DNA from: Candidatus Sulfomarinibacter sp.
GTDB lineage: Bacteria; Acidobacteriota; Thermoanaerobaculia; Thermoanaerobaculales; Sulfomarinibacteraceae
Length of the DNA: 64,000 nt
Direction of reading: 5' to 3'
Assembly: GCA_041560205.1 (NCBI GenBank)
Contig: JBFFBV010000003.1
Coordinates: 2,211-66,210 of the forward strand
Each line of letters begins with the position of its first letter. The stretch's first letter is position 1. Below the pieces are notes generated by a model. The model saw nothing but the letters and a program-made list of their open reading frames with translations, was not told the DNA's origin and did no database searches. This document shows, in pieces, positions 32,867-42,404 of this stretch. Position numbers and translations under genes: made by a program.

Positions 32867-34237
32867 TCAGCCGTTGCCTGCGGGTCGCTGCCAGCGGCGA
32901 GTTGACGCCCCGGGCGAACCATCTGCCGCCCCATTCTGGGGCTTTTCCGCGGGGTGGAAGAGACGTTTCGTCCACAGGTGGAGGACGACGCTGAGGGCGA
33001 GGAGGAGCGCGCCGGTCGCCTGGTGCGAGGTCGTGATGGTGACCTCGATCGTGGTCGGCGAGCCGACCGTTGCGAGACCCTGGGTCACGGCAAGGGCGGC
33101 GATGCCGAGGAAGACCTGGACACAGGTGACGATCACCATCAGCTTGCCGAGCTGCTCCACGGGCCTCGACCCGCGATACAGTCCCCAGGCCCGGACGCCA
33201 ACCATGACCGCCAGCAACACCACGATCGTGGCGAGCGAGATATGAACGATCACCAGGGACGACATGTGCCGTTGCGCGGCGCCAAGCACCAGCTGGAGAA
33301 TCAGGATGACGATGAGCCATCGCTGAAAGGTGAAGTCGTCCTTCGCCCTTCGCGAGCCCTCGGGCGCAGACGCGTCGAACCACAGGTTGCTCGTCACGAC
33401 TGCGATCGCGACCATCACACAGAGAAAGATCTGGCCCAGAACTCCGTGAACCAGGGCCAGCGCCACGCTCGGCGCCATGTCCGCCTCGGAGGTCGAAAGG
33501 GTGAATCCACCGGTCACCCGAAGACCACCCAGGACACCCTGCAGGACCACCAGCACGATCGCCGCCAATCCGAGGCGCCGGAGCCACGTGCGATCGTCGG
33601 TGCGCCACAAACGGATGGCGAGGGCAATGGTCGTCAGGCCGACGAGCGCCCCGAAGAGACGGTGAGCGTGCTCGTAGTAGATGCCGCCGGTCATGCGGGC
33701 GAGCGGGAACAGGAACATGTTCGAGCCGAAGCTGTTCGGCCAGTCGACGACCGCGAGGCCGGCCTCGTTGCTGGTCACCAGTCCACCGGCAACCACCAAC
33801 AGAAAGGTCGCCGCCACAGCGACCTTCGAGAACAGAGCTGTCCACCGGCGCGGGGCGGTTTCTTCCCCGACCGCTTCCGGGGCAGCCGCGAAACCACCAG
33901 CGATGAGGGCCACCACCACGATCGATCCCGGCACCCACCACAGGGCTGTTGGCACGACGCCGCCACCCTCTGCCGGTGTCAGCAGGCTCCCGAGAATCAG
34001 CAGGTTCAAAACCGCCGCCACACCACCCACAAGCACTCCGGCGAGCCAGCCACCGCCCGCGCGCGACCCGGTGAACCACCCCCAAACCGCCACTGCGGCG
34101 AGCATCAGGCCCAGCACCAGCCAGCTCGGAGCGATGACCGCGGGTAAGCGACAGAAATACGCGACCGCCCACATCGAGACGGTGGTGGCGAAAGCGAGGG
34201 GCAGGATCGAGCTGCGGTCGACTGTGGTCGTGGTCAT
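32867..34237 (-). CDS. COX15/CtaA-family (heme A synthase-like) membrane protein with N-terminal extension
   Basis: VVDWPNSFG...IYYEHAHRLFGALVG, VVLQGVLGGLRV, and LVHGVLGQIF / HQATGALL His-containing helices. Divergent from ctaB. Confidence 0.65.
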   Translation of the reverse strand: MTTTTVDRSSILPLAFATTVSMWAVAYFCRLPAVIAPSWLVLGLMLAAVAVWGWFTGSRAGGGWLAGVLVGGVAAVLNLLILGSLLTPAEGGGVVPTALWWVPGSIVVVALIAGGFAAAPEAVGEETAPRRWTALFSKVAVAATFLLVVAGGLVTSNEAGLAVVDWPNSFGSNMFLFPLARMTGGIYYEHAHRLFGALVGLTTIALAIRLWRTDDRTWLRRLGLAAIVLVVLQGVLGGLRVTGGFTLSTSEADMAPSVALALVHGVLGQIFLCVMVAIAVVTSNLWFDASAPEGSRRAKDDFTFQRWLIVILILQLVLGAAQRHMSSLVIVHISLATIVVLLAVMVGVRAWGLYRGSRPVEQLGKLMVIVTCVQVFLGIAALAVTQGLATVGSPTTIEVTITTSHQATGALLLALSVVLHLWTKRLFHPAEKPQNGAADGSPGASTRRWQRPAGNG

Positions 34238-34353
34238 GGCTCACCTCCGAGGCGCGACGGCAGCCGGGCCGCGTCGGTTATAATGCCCGGCGTCCACCGC
34301 CGCAGTGTGGTAACGAGCCGCAACACTATACACCGGTGGTTCACCTGCGTCGC

Positions 34354-35379
34354 ATGTACCAGATGAAGAAGGAGCGACAGATCTCATATCAGAAGACCTC
34401 CCATCAGGAGTCGGAGCCCGACACCGTGCGGTCCTTGATCTCGGATTATCTCGAGCTCGCCAAAGCGCGCCTGGGCGCCCTCGTCGTGTTGACGGCCTGC
34501 GTCGGCTACGTGCTGGGAGCTCGCGGTGAGATTTCGCTGCGGGGCTTGGCGGCCGCGGTCGTGGGGACCGCGCTCAGCGCATTCGGCGCCAACATCCTCA
34601 ACCAGTGGCGTGAGGCTGAGCGCGACAGCCTCATGCTCCGCACGCGCGAGCGGCCGCTGCCGGCGGGGAGAATCAGCGCGAGGGTGGCGGCATTTCTGGG
34701 CCTCATCACGGCCGCCGCCGGTCTCGTGATCCTCGCTTTCGGTACCAACTGGCTCACGACCCTCCTCTCGCTCTTCGTCATTCTCCTGTACGTCCTCGTC
34801 TACACGCCGCTCAAGGTGAAGACGCCCCTCAATACCGTCATCGGCGCGATCTGTGGCGCGGTGCCGCCGATGATGGGCTGGACCGCGGCCACGGGTCGCC
34901 TCGACGCGGGGGCCTGGATTCTCGGTGGAATTCTCTTCGCGTGGCAGATCCCCCACTTCCTCGCCCTCGCCTGGCTCTACCGCGAGGATTACGCTCGCGG
35001 CGGTTTCCGCATGCTGCCGGCGATCGACCGAGAGGGCCGTCTCACCGCACGACTCGCATTTCTCTACGCGGCGGCGTTGCTGCCGATTACGGCTGCCCTT
35101 AGCGCCTTTGGCGTGACCGGGGGCGCCTTTCTCGTGACCTCACAAGCGATCGGTGTTGCCTTCCTGGCGCTCGGCTGGATCTTCCTCAGGACGCGCAACA
35201 GGCCGGCTGCGCGTCGCCTCTTCCTGGCCAGCATCCTCTATCTCCCGGTCCTCCTGGGTCTGATGGTCGTCGACGTGGATGATCGCGCGGTCCGGGGCGG
35301 TGAGGTAACGGTCGCATCCTCGAATCCGACGACTTCGGGCGCCGAGGTCGTCACCGTTCATCCACACGAAGGGCTCTGA
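34354..35379 (+). CDS. ctaB: Protoheme IX farnesyltransferase (heme O synthase)
   Basis: UbiA-family motifs (NQWREAERDSLMLRTRERPLPAGR; YREDYARGGFRMLP). Start is ATG 34354 or 34363 within ORF 34336..35379. Confidence 0.88.
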   Translation: MYQMKKERQISYQKTSHQESEPDTVRSLISDYLELAKARLGALVVLTACVGYVLGARGEISLRGLAAAVVGTALSAFGANILNQWREAERDSLMLRTRERPLPAGRISARVAAFLGLITAAAGLVILAFGTNWLTTLLSLFVILLYVLVYTPLKVKTPLNTVIGAICGAVPPMMGWTAATGRLDAGAWILGGILFAWQIPHFLALAWLYREDYARGGFRMLPAIDREGRLTARLAFLYAAALLPITAALSAFGVTGGAFLVTSQAIGVAFLALGWIFLRTRNRPAARRLFLASILYLPVLLGLMVVDVDDRAVRGGEVTVASSNPTTSGAEVVTVHPHEGL

Positions 35380-35383
35380 GCTC

Positions 35384-36454
35384 GTGCGCGTGCCGGCCGT
35401 CATCCAAAGCGGTTGGTGGGTGGCTGTGGCGGCGGTCATCGTCAGCCTCGTGACGGCGTGGATCGTCACTGATCCACTTTCGAAACGCCCCCAGGATGAA
35501 GCACCCCGATCAGAGTTCGCTCTCGGCAAAGCCACGGTGCCGCGCGATCTCGTGGTGCGGGCGATGGCCACGGATGGGCTTTCCGTTCTCAGGGACCCGC
35601 CAACCATCACCCCGACCGATGTCGACCGGTGGAACGAGGAACAGCGAGGCAAGCTGTTGGTGCCGGACGACCGGGTGATCGGTGTCCATATCGCCGGTGA
35701 GGCGCGCGCCTATCCACTCCGGTTGATGCGCTGGCACGAGGTCGTCAACGACACGGTCGGCGGCGAGCCGCTCGCCGTCACCTACAGCCCCCTCTGTGAC
35801 AGTGTCGCGGTCTTCAGCCGGGCCGTTGGAGATGAGGTGGTCGAGCTCGGCGTCTCCGGCTACCTCTACAACTCCAACCCTTTGCTGTACGACCGCCGTC
35901 TCCATCCCGCGGCATCGCCCATGTGGTCCCAGCTCGACGGTGAGGTCGTTGCTGAACCGGACCCCGGTTTTTCGGACCCCCTCGCGCTCGGGGTCGCGGC
36001 ACTCGCGACATGGGGCGAGTGGCGCGAAAGACACCCGTCAACCCGCGTCCTTGCGCCGCTGCCGGAACTCAAGAAGCTCTACAAGAGAGACCCCTACCAC
36101 TCCTATTTCGGGTCGGACCTGCTGCACTTCCCGGTCAGGCCGTTGCCGCCCACGGAGCCGCGACGGCTCAAGGACCGGGTGGTCGTCGTGACGGTCGACG
36201 GCCACCACAAAGCCTTGGCGCTTCGCGACCTCGCGGCGGAGATCGGATCTGAAGTCGGTGCGGCAGTTGTGGAGATCGACAGTCTGCCGATTCGCGTCAC
36301 CTTCAGCGTCTCGCCGGGCACGGCAATCGTGGAACCGATGGCCGACCCGAACCGCCTGGAAGCGGTTCGCCACAGTTTCTGGTTTGCGTGGTACGCTCTC
36401 GGCGGAATGATTCCTGATACCGACGAATCTCCGGATTCGGCCGGATCGGGATGA
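35384..36454 (+). CDS. DUF3179-domain protein (membrane anchored)
   Basis: N-terminal TM. VIGVHIAGEARAYPLRLMRWHEVVNDTVGGEPLAVTYSPLCDS...GVSGYLYNSNPLLYDR is the DUF3179 pattern as I recall it. Confidence 0.78.
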   Translation: MRVPAVIQSGWWVAVAAVIVSLVTAWIVTDPLSKRPQDEAPRSEFALGKATVPRDLVVRAMATDGLSVLRDPPTITPTDVDRWNEEQRGKLLVPDDRVIGVHIAGEARAYPLRLMRWHEVVNDTVGGEPLAVTYSPLCDSVAVFSRAVGDEVVELGVSGYLYNSNPLLYDRRLHPAASPMWSQLDGEVVAEPDPGFSDPLALGVAALATWGEWRERHPSTRVLAPLPELKKLYKRDPYHSYFGSDLLHFPVRPLPPTEPRRLKDRVVVVTVDGHHKALALRDLAAEIGSEVGAAVVEIDSLPIRVTFSVSPGTAIVEPMADPNRLEAVRHSFWFAWYALGGMIPDTDESPDSAGSG

Positions 36455-36497
36455 GATCTCCAGGACCATTTACAATCACCACTCCGGGAGGAGTTCG

Positions 36498-38789
36498 ATG
36501 ACCGTGCAGATCGAGCAGTTCTCTTACGACGACGCCATCGTCCGCAAGTTCACGCTGATGACTTTCATCTGGGGCGCGGTCGGCATGCTGGTCGGCGTGA
36601 TCATCGCGCTGCAGCTCGCGGCACCGCTCTTCAACTTCGAGCTGCCCTGGATCTCCTTTGGACGGCTTCGGCCGCTCCACACCAACGCCGTCATCTTCGC
36701 CTTCGCAGGCAATGCCGTCTTCGCCGGTATCTATTACTCGATGCAGAGGCTGCTCAAAACGGCGATGTTCTCGCGGGCCTTGAGCGCGATCCATTTCTGG
36801 GGCTGGCAGGCGATCATCGTCGCCGCTGCCGTCACCCTGCCCCTCGGCATCACCCAGGGCAAGGAGTACGCCGAGCTGCAGTGGCCGATCGACATCGCGA
36901 TCGCGGTCGTCTGGGTGGTCTTCGCGATCAACGCCTTCGGCACCATCGCCATTCGACGTGAACGGCACATCTACGTCGCCATCTGGTTCTACATCGCCAC
37001 CATCGTCACCATCGCCATGCTCCACATTTTCAACAACCTGGTGGTGCCGGCCGGCCTGTGGCGCAGCTACCCCCTCTATGCCGGTGTCCAGGACGCCTTC
37101 ATGCAGTGGTGGTACGGCCACAACGCGGTCGGTTTCCTGCTGACGACGCCCTTCCTCGGCATGATGTACTACTTCATGCCGAAGGCGGCCAACCGGCCGG
37201 TCTTCTCCTACCGGCTGTCGATCATCCACTTCTGGTCGCTGGTCTTCATCTACATCTGGGCAGGGCCCCACCACCTCCACTACACGGCGCTGCCCGCCTG
37301 GGCGTCGACCCTCGGCATGCTGTTTTCGGTCATGCTGTGGATGCCGTCCTGGGGCGGCATGCTCAACGGCCTGCTGACCCTGCGCGGGGCCTGGGACAAG
37401 GTCGCCACAGACCCGGTGCTCAAGTTCTTCGTGGTCGCGGTGACCTTTTACGGCATGTCGACCTTCGAGGGGCCGCTGCTGTCGGTCAAGGCGGTCAATC
37501 TGCTCTCCCACTACACCGATTGGACGATCGCCCACGTCCATTCGGGGGCGCTCGGCTGGGTCGGATTTCTGACCTTCGGCATGATCTACTGGCTGCTGCC
37601 GCGCCTTTTCCAGGCCGAGCTCTGGAGCCGCAAGCTGGCTGAGGCGCACTTCTGGATCGGCACCATCGGCATCCTCCTCTACATCGTTGCCATCTATGCC
37701 GCCGGTCTGACCCAGGGCCTGATGTGGCTCGCCTTCGACGAGGAGGGATACCTCAAGTACGGCGACTTCGTCGAAAGCACCCTGCAGTTGATTCCGATGT
37801 ACTGGGTGCGGGTCATCGGCGGTGTCGCCTACCTGGCCGGCATTCTCATGTTGGGCGTCAACTTCTTCATGACGTGGAAGCGTCGTCCGTCGACCTACGA
37901 GGTGCCGGTTCACGAGGCGCCCGCGCTGGCGAAGGACTTCACCGATCATCCCGAGCCGGCCACCCCATTGCGGACCAGCGGCGCCCACGTCGCCGACCTG
38001 GCCTACAAACTCGACCGTCTCTTCTCGACCAACTGGCATCGGCGCTGGGAGCGGTTGCCGCTGAAGTTCACAGTCGCGGTGGTGATTGCGGTCGTCGTGG
38101 CATCGCTTTTCGAAATCATTCCGACCTTTCTCATCAAATCGAACGTGCCGACGATCGCGACGGTGACGCCTTACACGCCGCTGGAGCTCGCCGGTCGCGA
38201 CATTTACCTCGACGAGGGCTGTTACAACTGCCACTCGCAGATGATCCGGCCGATCCGCGCCGAGACCGAGCGCTACGGCGAGTACTCGAAACCGGGCGAA
38301 TTCGTCTGGGATCACCCTTTCCAGTGGGGCTCTCGCCGCATCGGGCCCGATCTGCAGCGCGTCGGAGGCAAGTATCCCGACCTGTGGCACGTCCGCCACA
38401 TGGACGACCCGCGGGCCATTACCGCCGGATCGATCATGCCCGCCTACCCATGGATGCTGACCACGCCAATCGATTTCGACTCCATCGAGCCGGTGATGCG
38501 CGCCCACCAGATCCTCGGTGTGCCCTACAGCGATGAAGAGATCGCCGGCGGCGAGGCCGCCGCGCGCGAGCAGGCGCTGGCGATCGCCAACGAAATCGTG
38601 GTCCAGGGGGGTCCCGACGGGCTGGCCGACAAGCAGATCGTCGCCCTCATCGCGTACCTCCAGCGTCTCGGCACCGACATCACGAAGCCGGAGCCTGTGG
38701 CGGTCGAGAAAGAGGTTGGGCCGCCAGAGGGGGCTGACGAGGCGGAGGCCGCAGAGGCGGCGGCCGATGAGGCGGAGGAGGCGTCATGA
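36498..38789 (+). CDS. ccoN: cbb3-type cytochrome c oxidase, fused subunits I and II (CcoN-CcoO)
   Basis: The CcoN core starts at FNFELPWISFGRLRPLHTNAVIFAF and runs about 470 aa. The CcoO module has GRDIYLDEGCYNCHSQMIRP...WGSRRIGPDLQRVGGKY...HMDDPR. Confidence 0.93.
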   Translation: MTVQIEQFSYDDAIVRKFTLMTFIWGAVGMLVGVIIALQLAAPLFNFELPWISFGRLRPLHTNAVIFAFAGNAVFAGIYYSMQRLLKTAMFSRALSAIHFWGWQAIIVAAAVTLPLGITQGKEYAELQWPIDIAIAVVWVVFAINAFGTIAIRRERHIYVAIWFYIATIVTIAMLHIFNNLVVPAGLWRSYPLYAGVQDAFMQWWYGHNAVGFLLTTPFLGMMYYFMPKAANRPVFSYRLSIIHFWSLVFIYIWAGPHHLHYTALPAWASTLGMLFSVMLWMPSWGGMLNGLLTLRGAWDKVATDPVLKFFVVAVTFYGMSTFEGPLLSVKAVNLLSHYTDWTIAHVHSGALGWVGFLTFGMIYWLLPRLFQAELWSRKLAEAHFWIGTIGILLYIVAIYAAGLTQGLMWLAFDEEGYLKYGDFVESTLQLIPMYWVRVIGGVAYLAGILMLGVNFFMTWKRRPSTYEVPVHEAPALAKDFTDHPEPATPLRTSGAHVADLAYKLDRLFSTNWHRRWERLPLKFTVAVVIAVVVASLFEIIPTFLIKSNVPTIATVTPYTPLELAGRDIYLDEGCYNCHSQMIRPIRAETERYGEYSKPGEFVWDHPFQWGSRRIGPDLQRVGGKYPDLWHVRHMDDPRAITAGSIMPAYPWMLTTPIDFDSIEPVMRAHQILGVPYSDEEIAGGEAAAREQALAIANEIVVQGGPDGLADKQIVALIAYLQRLGTDITKPEPVAVEKEVGPPEGADEAEAAEAAADEAEEAS

Positions 38790-38995
38790 GCCTCACGGAC
38801 GTCATGAGCGCCGCCGGGCTCTCCTCGTGGACCGAGGTGGCCCTGATCCTCTGCTTGATCACCTTTGCGGCCATCGTCTTCTGGGTCTTCGTCGTGCGCA
38901 GCAAACCGTCGTGGGAGCACCAGCGGTCGCTGCCGCTCGAAGAAAACGGAGGCACGGACGTCCACGCCGCCGCGAAAGGAGGCGACCTGTCGTGA
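38786..38995 (+). CDS. ccoQ: cbb3 oxidase small subunit CcoQ/FixQ-like
   Basis: ATGA overlap with ccoNO. Single TM (EVALILCLITFAAIVFWVFVVRSK). Sits between ccoO and ccoP. Confidence 0.7.
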   Translation: MSLTDVMSAAGLSSWTEVALILCLITFAAIVFWVFVVRSKPSWEHQRSLPLEENGGTDVHAAAKGGDLS

Positions 38996-39666
38996 ATACG
39001 GAAAACCTCGATCAGCAGCGCGCAGCCAGCGATCAGGACCACCTGCTGGATCACAACTACGACGGTATTCAGGAATACGACAATCCCCTGCCGAGGTGGT
39101 GGTTGGCGCTCTTCTGGGCGACCATCATCTTCACGCCGCTCTACATCCTGTACTTCCACTTCGGCGGCGGCATGCTCGCCATCGAACGCTATGACCAGGA
39201 GATGATCGCCTTTTACGACAAACAGGCGGAGCAGCTCCTGGCACTGGGAGAAATCAGCGAGAACACGCTCGTGGATCTCATGGCCGACGACAGCATGATG
39301 AACGGCGGCAAGAAGATCTTTCAGGCCAAATGCGCCACCTGCCACGGGATGTTCGGCGAGGGCGGCATCGGCCCCAACCTGACCGACGACTATTGGCTGC
39401 ACGGAGCGCAGCTGATGGACGTCTACGCCACGGTCCGCGACGGCGTCACCGCCAAAGGCATGCTGGCCTGGGAGCGCCAGCTGCGCCCCGCCGAGCTCAT
39501 GGCCGTGAGCTCCTACGTCGGAACGATGCTCGGCACAGAACCTCCAAATCCCAAACCGCCGCAGGGAGACCTGCAGGTCCGCCTGACGCCCGCGCCAGCC
39601 GACCAAGCCGAGGCGACACGCGAGCAGCCCGCCGAGGGAGCGGTGGTGGAGCCCGCCAGCTCCTGA
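38992..39666 (+). CDS. ccoP: cbb3 oxidase subunit III CcoP, monoheme variant
   Basis: GTGA overlap with ccoQ. HNYDGIQEYDNPLPRWWLALFWATIIF is the FixP N-terminal motif. Only one CXXCH (CATCH) in 224 aa. Confidence 0.85.
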   Translation: MNTENLDQQRAASDQDHLLDHNYDGIQEYDNPLPRWWLALFWATIIFTPLYILYFHFGGGMLAIERYDQEMIAFYDKQAEQLLALGEISENTLVDLMADDSMMNGGKKIFQAKCATCHGMFGEGGIGPNLTDDYWLHGAQLMDVYATVRDGVTAKGMLAWERQLRPAELMAVSSYVGTMLGTEPPNPKPPQGDLQVRLTPAPADQAEATREQPAEGAVVEPASS

Positions 39667-39673
39667 ACGTGTC

Positions 39674-41077
39674 GTGGCCGTTTCGTCCAACGCCCCGGAA
39701 GCTCAGGAGAGGGTCCTCTCGACCCTCAACCGTGACGGCTCGCGCCGCTGGATCCGGCCCAAGCTCTCCAAGGGCAAACACTACCGGCGACGGCTCTTCA
39801 CCGCCTGGGGCCTGATCGCGATCTTCACCCTGATCCCGATTCTCAAGCTGGGTGGCAAGCCCCTCATGCTCTTCGACATTCCCAGACGGGAGTTCATCTT
39901 CTTTGGCGCGACGTTTCTGCCGACCGATACGTTCTTGCTGATGCTTCTCCTGTTCAGCATTTTTATCGGCATCTTCTTGATCACTGCGGTGCTGGGCCGG
40001 GTGTGGTGCGGCTGGGCCTGCCCGCAGACCGTCTACATGGAGTACCTCTACCGGCCGCTCGAGAAGCTCATCGAAGGGGGCCGGAACCGGCAGATCGAGC
40101 TCGACCGCAGCGGTCCGGACGGTCGCCGACTCGTGAAGTACATGGTCTTCTTTGCCGTGTCCGCCTTCCTCGCCAACACCTTTCTCGCCTATTTCGTCGG
40201 TTGGGACCGGCTGTTGGGATGGATGACGAGCCCGCCGACCCGCCACCCGGTGGCTTTCGCGGTGATGCTCGGGACCACCCTCCTGATGTTCTTCGACTTC
40301 GCCTGGTTCCGCGAACAGACCTGTATCGTCGCCTGTCCCTACGGACGGCTGCAATCGGTTCTCCTCGACCGCCATTCGCTGATCGTCGGCTACGACAAGA
40401 ACCGTGGCGAACCGCGCGCAAAGTGGCGCACGAAGGAGGAACGAACGGCGGGTGACTGTATCGACTGCCACCTCTGCGTCAGCACGTGCCCCACCGGTAT
40501 CGACATCCGCGAAGGCCTGCAGATGGAGTGCATCGCATGCACGCAGTGCATTGACGCCTGCGACGAAGTCATGGACCGAGTCGGCCTCGATCGCGGCCTC
40601 ATCCGCTACACCTCGCAGGCCGAGCTGGAAAGCGGCAAACGCGCATTTTTCCGCCCGCGGGTTTTCGTCTACTCCGCCATCCTGCTCGTGATGTTCGGCG
40701 CCTTCGGATTCTCGCTCGCCGGCAAGCAGACGGCCGACGTGACGCTTCTGCGCGGGCTCGGATCGCCCTTCACTGTGCTTCAGAGCGGCGAGGTCTCGAA
40801 CCAGATTCGCATCAAGATCGCCAACCGGACATCGCAGAAGCGCTCGTACCTGATCGAGCTCGATGGGGTCGAGGGCATGACGCTGATTGCACCCGAGAAC
40901 CCCCTGACGGTAGGGCCCGGCGAAACCGAGATGACGGCCGCCTTCATCACCGCGCCCCCATCGGTCTTTGCGGGCGGCGAAGCCGGCATCACCCTGAAGA
41001 TCGGCGACGGCGTCGATTTCACCACCGAGCTCCGGTACCGGATTCTCGGCCCGTCCAAAGCAGGCGCCGGACCATGA
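39674..41077 (+). CDS. ccoG: Cytochrome c oxidase accessory protein CcoG/FixG (polyferredoxin)
   Basis: RVWCGWACPQTVY, FREQTCIVACPYGRLQ, and CIDCHLCVSTCPTGIDIR...CIACTQCIDACD. Confidence 0.9.
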   Translation: MAVSSNAPEAQERVLSTLNRDGSRRWIRPKLSKGKHYRRRLFTAWGLIAIFTLIPILKLGGKPLMLFDIPRREFIFFGATFLPTDTFLLMLLLFSIFIGIFLITAVLGRVWCGWACPQTVYMEYLYRPLEKLIEGGRNRQIELDRSGPDGRRLVKYMVFFAVSAFLANTFLAYFVGWDRLLGWMTSPPTRHPVAFAVMLGTTLLMFFDFAWFREQTCIVACPYGRLQSVLLDRHSLIVGYDKNRGEPRAKWRTKEERTAGDCIDCHLCVSTCPTGIDIREGLQMECIACTQCIDACDEVMDRVGLDRGLIRYTSQAELESGKRAFFRPRVFVYSAILLVMFGAFGFSLAGKQTADVTLLRGLGSPFTVLQSGEVSNQIRIKIANRTSQKRSYLIELDGVEGMTLIAPENPLTVGPGETEMTAAFITAPPSVFAGGEAGITLKIGDGVDFTTELRYRILGPSKAGAGP

Positions 41078-41568
41078 AGCAGGGCAGCCTCTGGCCTTGG
41101 GTCATCGGCGTCGCACTGACCGTGCACGTCGTTGGATCGTTGGTGGTGGTCGCAATCGCCACCTCGGATTCGTCGGTCGCCGTCGAGGAGGACTACTACC
41201 GGAAGGCGGTCCACTGGGACGAAAAGCGAGCCCAGGAACGGACCAACACCGAGCTCGGATGGTCGCTCACCTTCGAGGTCACGCCACCGACGCGGCCCGG
41301 CGACTCCCCAGTGGTGGCAGTTCGCCTGGCGGACGGCGATGGCATTCCGTTGAGCGGCGCGGCGGTTCGTGTCGAGTCCTTTCACAAGGCGCGCAGCGCC
41401 GACGTCATTCGGATTCCGTTCGTCGCCGCTGAGGAGGCCGGCCTCTACACGGCCTCGCCCGCCATGCGGCGCAACGGACTCTGGGAGCTGCGCTTCACCG
41501 TCGATTACACCGGCGACCGCTTCACCCATACCGAGACCCGGCACCTCTATGTCGAGGGCAGTTGGTGA
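41074..41568 (+). CDS. ccoH: FixH/CcoH-family protein
   Basis: ATGA overlap with ccoG. N-terminal TM, then SVAVEEDYYRKAVHWDEK, typical of FixH. Confidence 0.78.
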   Translation: MKQGSLWPWVIGVALTVHVVGSLVVVAIATSDSSVAVEEDYYRKAVHWDEKRAQERTNTELGWSLTFEVTPPTRPGDSPVVAVRLADGDGIPLSGAAVRVESFHKARSADVIRIPFVAAEEAGLYTASPAMRRNGLWELRFTVDYTGDRFTHTETRHLYVEGSW

Positions 41569-42326
41569 TGGCCCCGCTGTTGCTGACCGTTTTCGTGGCG
41601 AGCTTGGTCGGATCGCTGCACTGCATCGGCATGTGCGGGCCATTCGTGGCTTTCTACTCGGGCGCCGACTCATCGGGCGGCGCGCGTCGCCTGCTCAGTC
41701 ACGCCGCCTACTCGGGCGGGAGGCTTTTGACCTATGCGGTATTTGGTGTGGCGGCGGGCGCCGTCGGCGCGGCACTCGACGTTGCCGGCTCGTTGGCAGG
41801 ATTGCAGCGCATCGCCGCGATCCTTGCGGGCATCACCATGATCGCCTGGGGCATTCTGGCGTTGCTCCAGATCCGCGGCGTGCGGATCTTCCGTCACGGG
41901 TCCGGCGACGGGCGCATCGCACGCAGCCTGCGCCGTGGTTTTTCGCTGGTCAGTGACAAGCCACCGATAATCCGCGCCGCGGTGGTCGGCTTGTTGTCGG
42001 GCGTCCTGCCCTGCGGATGGCTGTGGGCCTTCGTCGTGACCGCTGCCGGCACTGGAAATTGGGCGAAAGGCGCTTTGGTCATGGTCGCCTTCTGGGCGGG
42101 AACGGTGCCGGCGCTGCTCGGCGTGGGCCTCGGCGCTCAGCTTTTGAGCGCGCCACTGCGTCGTCACGTGCCCGTCATCACCGCCGTTCTGCTGGTCTGT
42201 CTCGGCCTCTATGCCATCCTCGGCCGCCCCACCTCGGTCGACGCCGCGATCAGCAAACACCAGCACTCCCAAGCTGAGGTTCCCTCACCAAACGAGGCGG
42301 CCAGCACCTGCTGTGACGACGAATAG
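41568..42326 (+). CDS. TauE/SafE-DsbD_2-type membrane protein commonly linked to ccoGHIS
   Basis: ATG overlaps the ccoH stop (TGATG). SLHCIGMCGPF motif in TM1 and a second LPCGW motif. Six hydrophobic segments. Confidence 0.72.
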   Translation: MAPLLLTVFVASLVGSLHCIGMCGPFVAFYSGADSSGGARRLLSHAAYSGGRLLTYAVFGVAAGAVGAALDVAGSLAGLQRIAAILAGITMIAWGILALLQIRGVRIFRHGSGDGRIARSLRRGFSLVSDKPPIIRAAVVGLLSGVLPCGWLWAFVVTAAGTGNWAKGALVMVAFWAGTVPALLGVGLGAQLLSAPLRRHVPVITAVLLVCLGLYAILGRPTSVDAAISKHQHSQAEVPSPNEAASTCCDDE

Positions 42327-42404
42327 GGCCTGAGGGCGTGCGGACCTGAGGGCCTGCCCGCCCGACCCCACGGACTCCGTATCTTCCTCAAGCCCTCAAG
42401 CCTC
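42327..42404. repeat. Heptad-stutter hairpin element (TGAGGGC subfamily)
   Basis: GGGCCTGAGGGCGTGCGGACCTGAGGGCCTGCCCGCCCGACCCCACGGACT...CTCAAGCCCTCAAGCC. Shares the core TGAGGGCCTGCCCGCCC.ACCCCACGGACT with 63303-63398 (inverted there). Starts right after the TauE-like stop and overlaps the MaoC stop. Confidence 0.75.

Noticed and set aside
36440-36497. FNR/Anr box (TTGAT-N4-ATCAA) upstream of ccoN, as is usual for cbb3 operons.
   Set aside because: No such palindrome occurs in the 43-nt gap, nor in the ctaB upstream region (34238-34353). Only a TATAAT hexamer at 34279-34284, without a good -35, was seen there.
36303-38507. 734-aa minus-strand ORF opposite ccoNO. Similar cases: 23253..24851(+) opposite trkH, 52419..54593(+) and 51367..52923(-) within the RND gene, 28751..29944(-), 32775..34244(-), 4424..6040(-), 14349..15764(+).
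   Set aside because: All are antisense or off-frame to genes with unambiguous family signatures, and all have charged low-complexity translations. They are shadow ORFs expected at about 70% GC.
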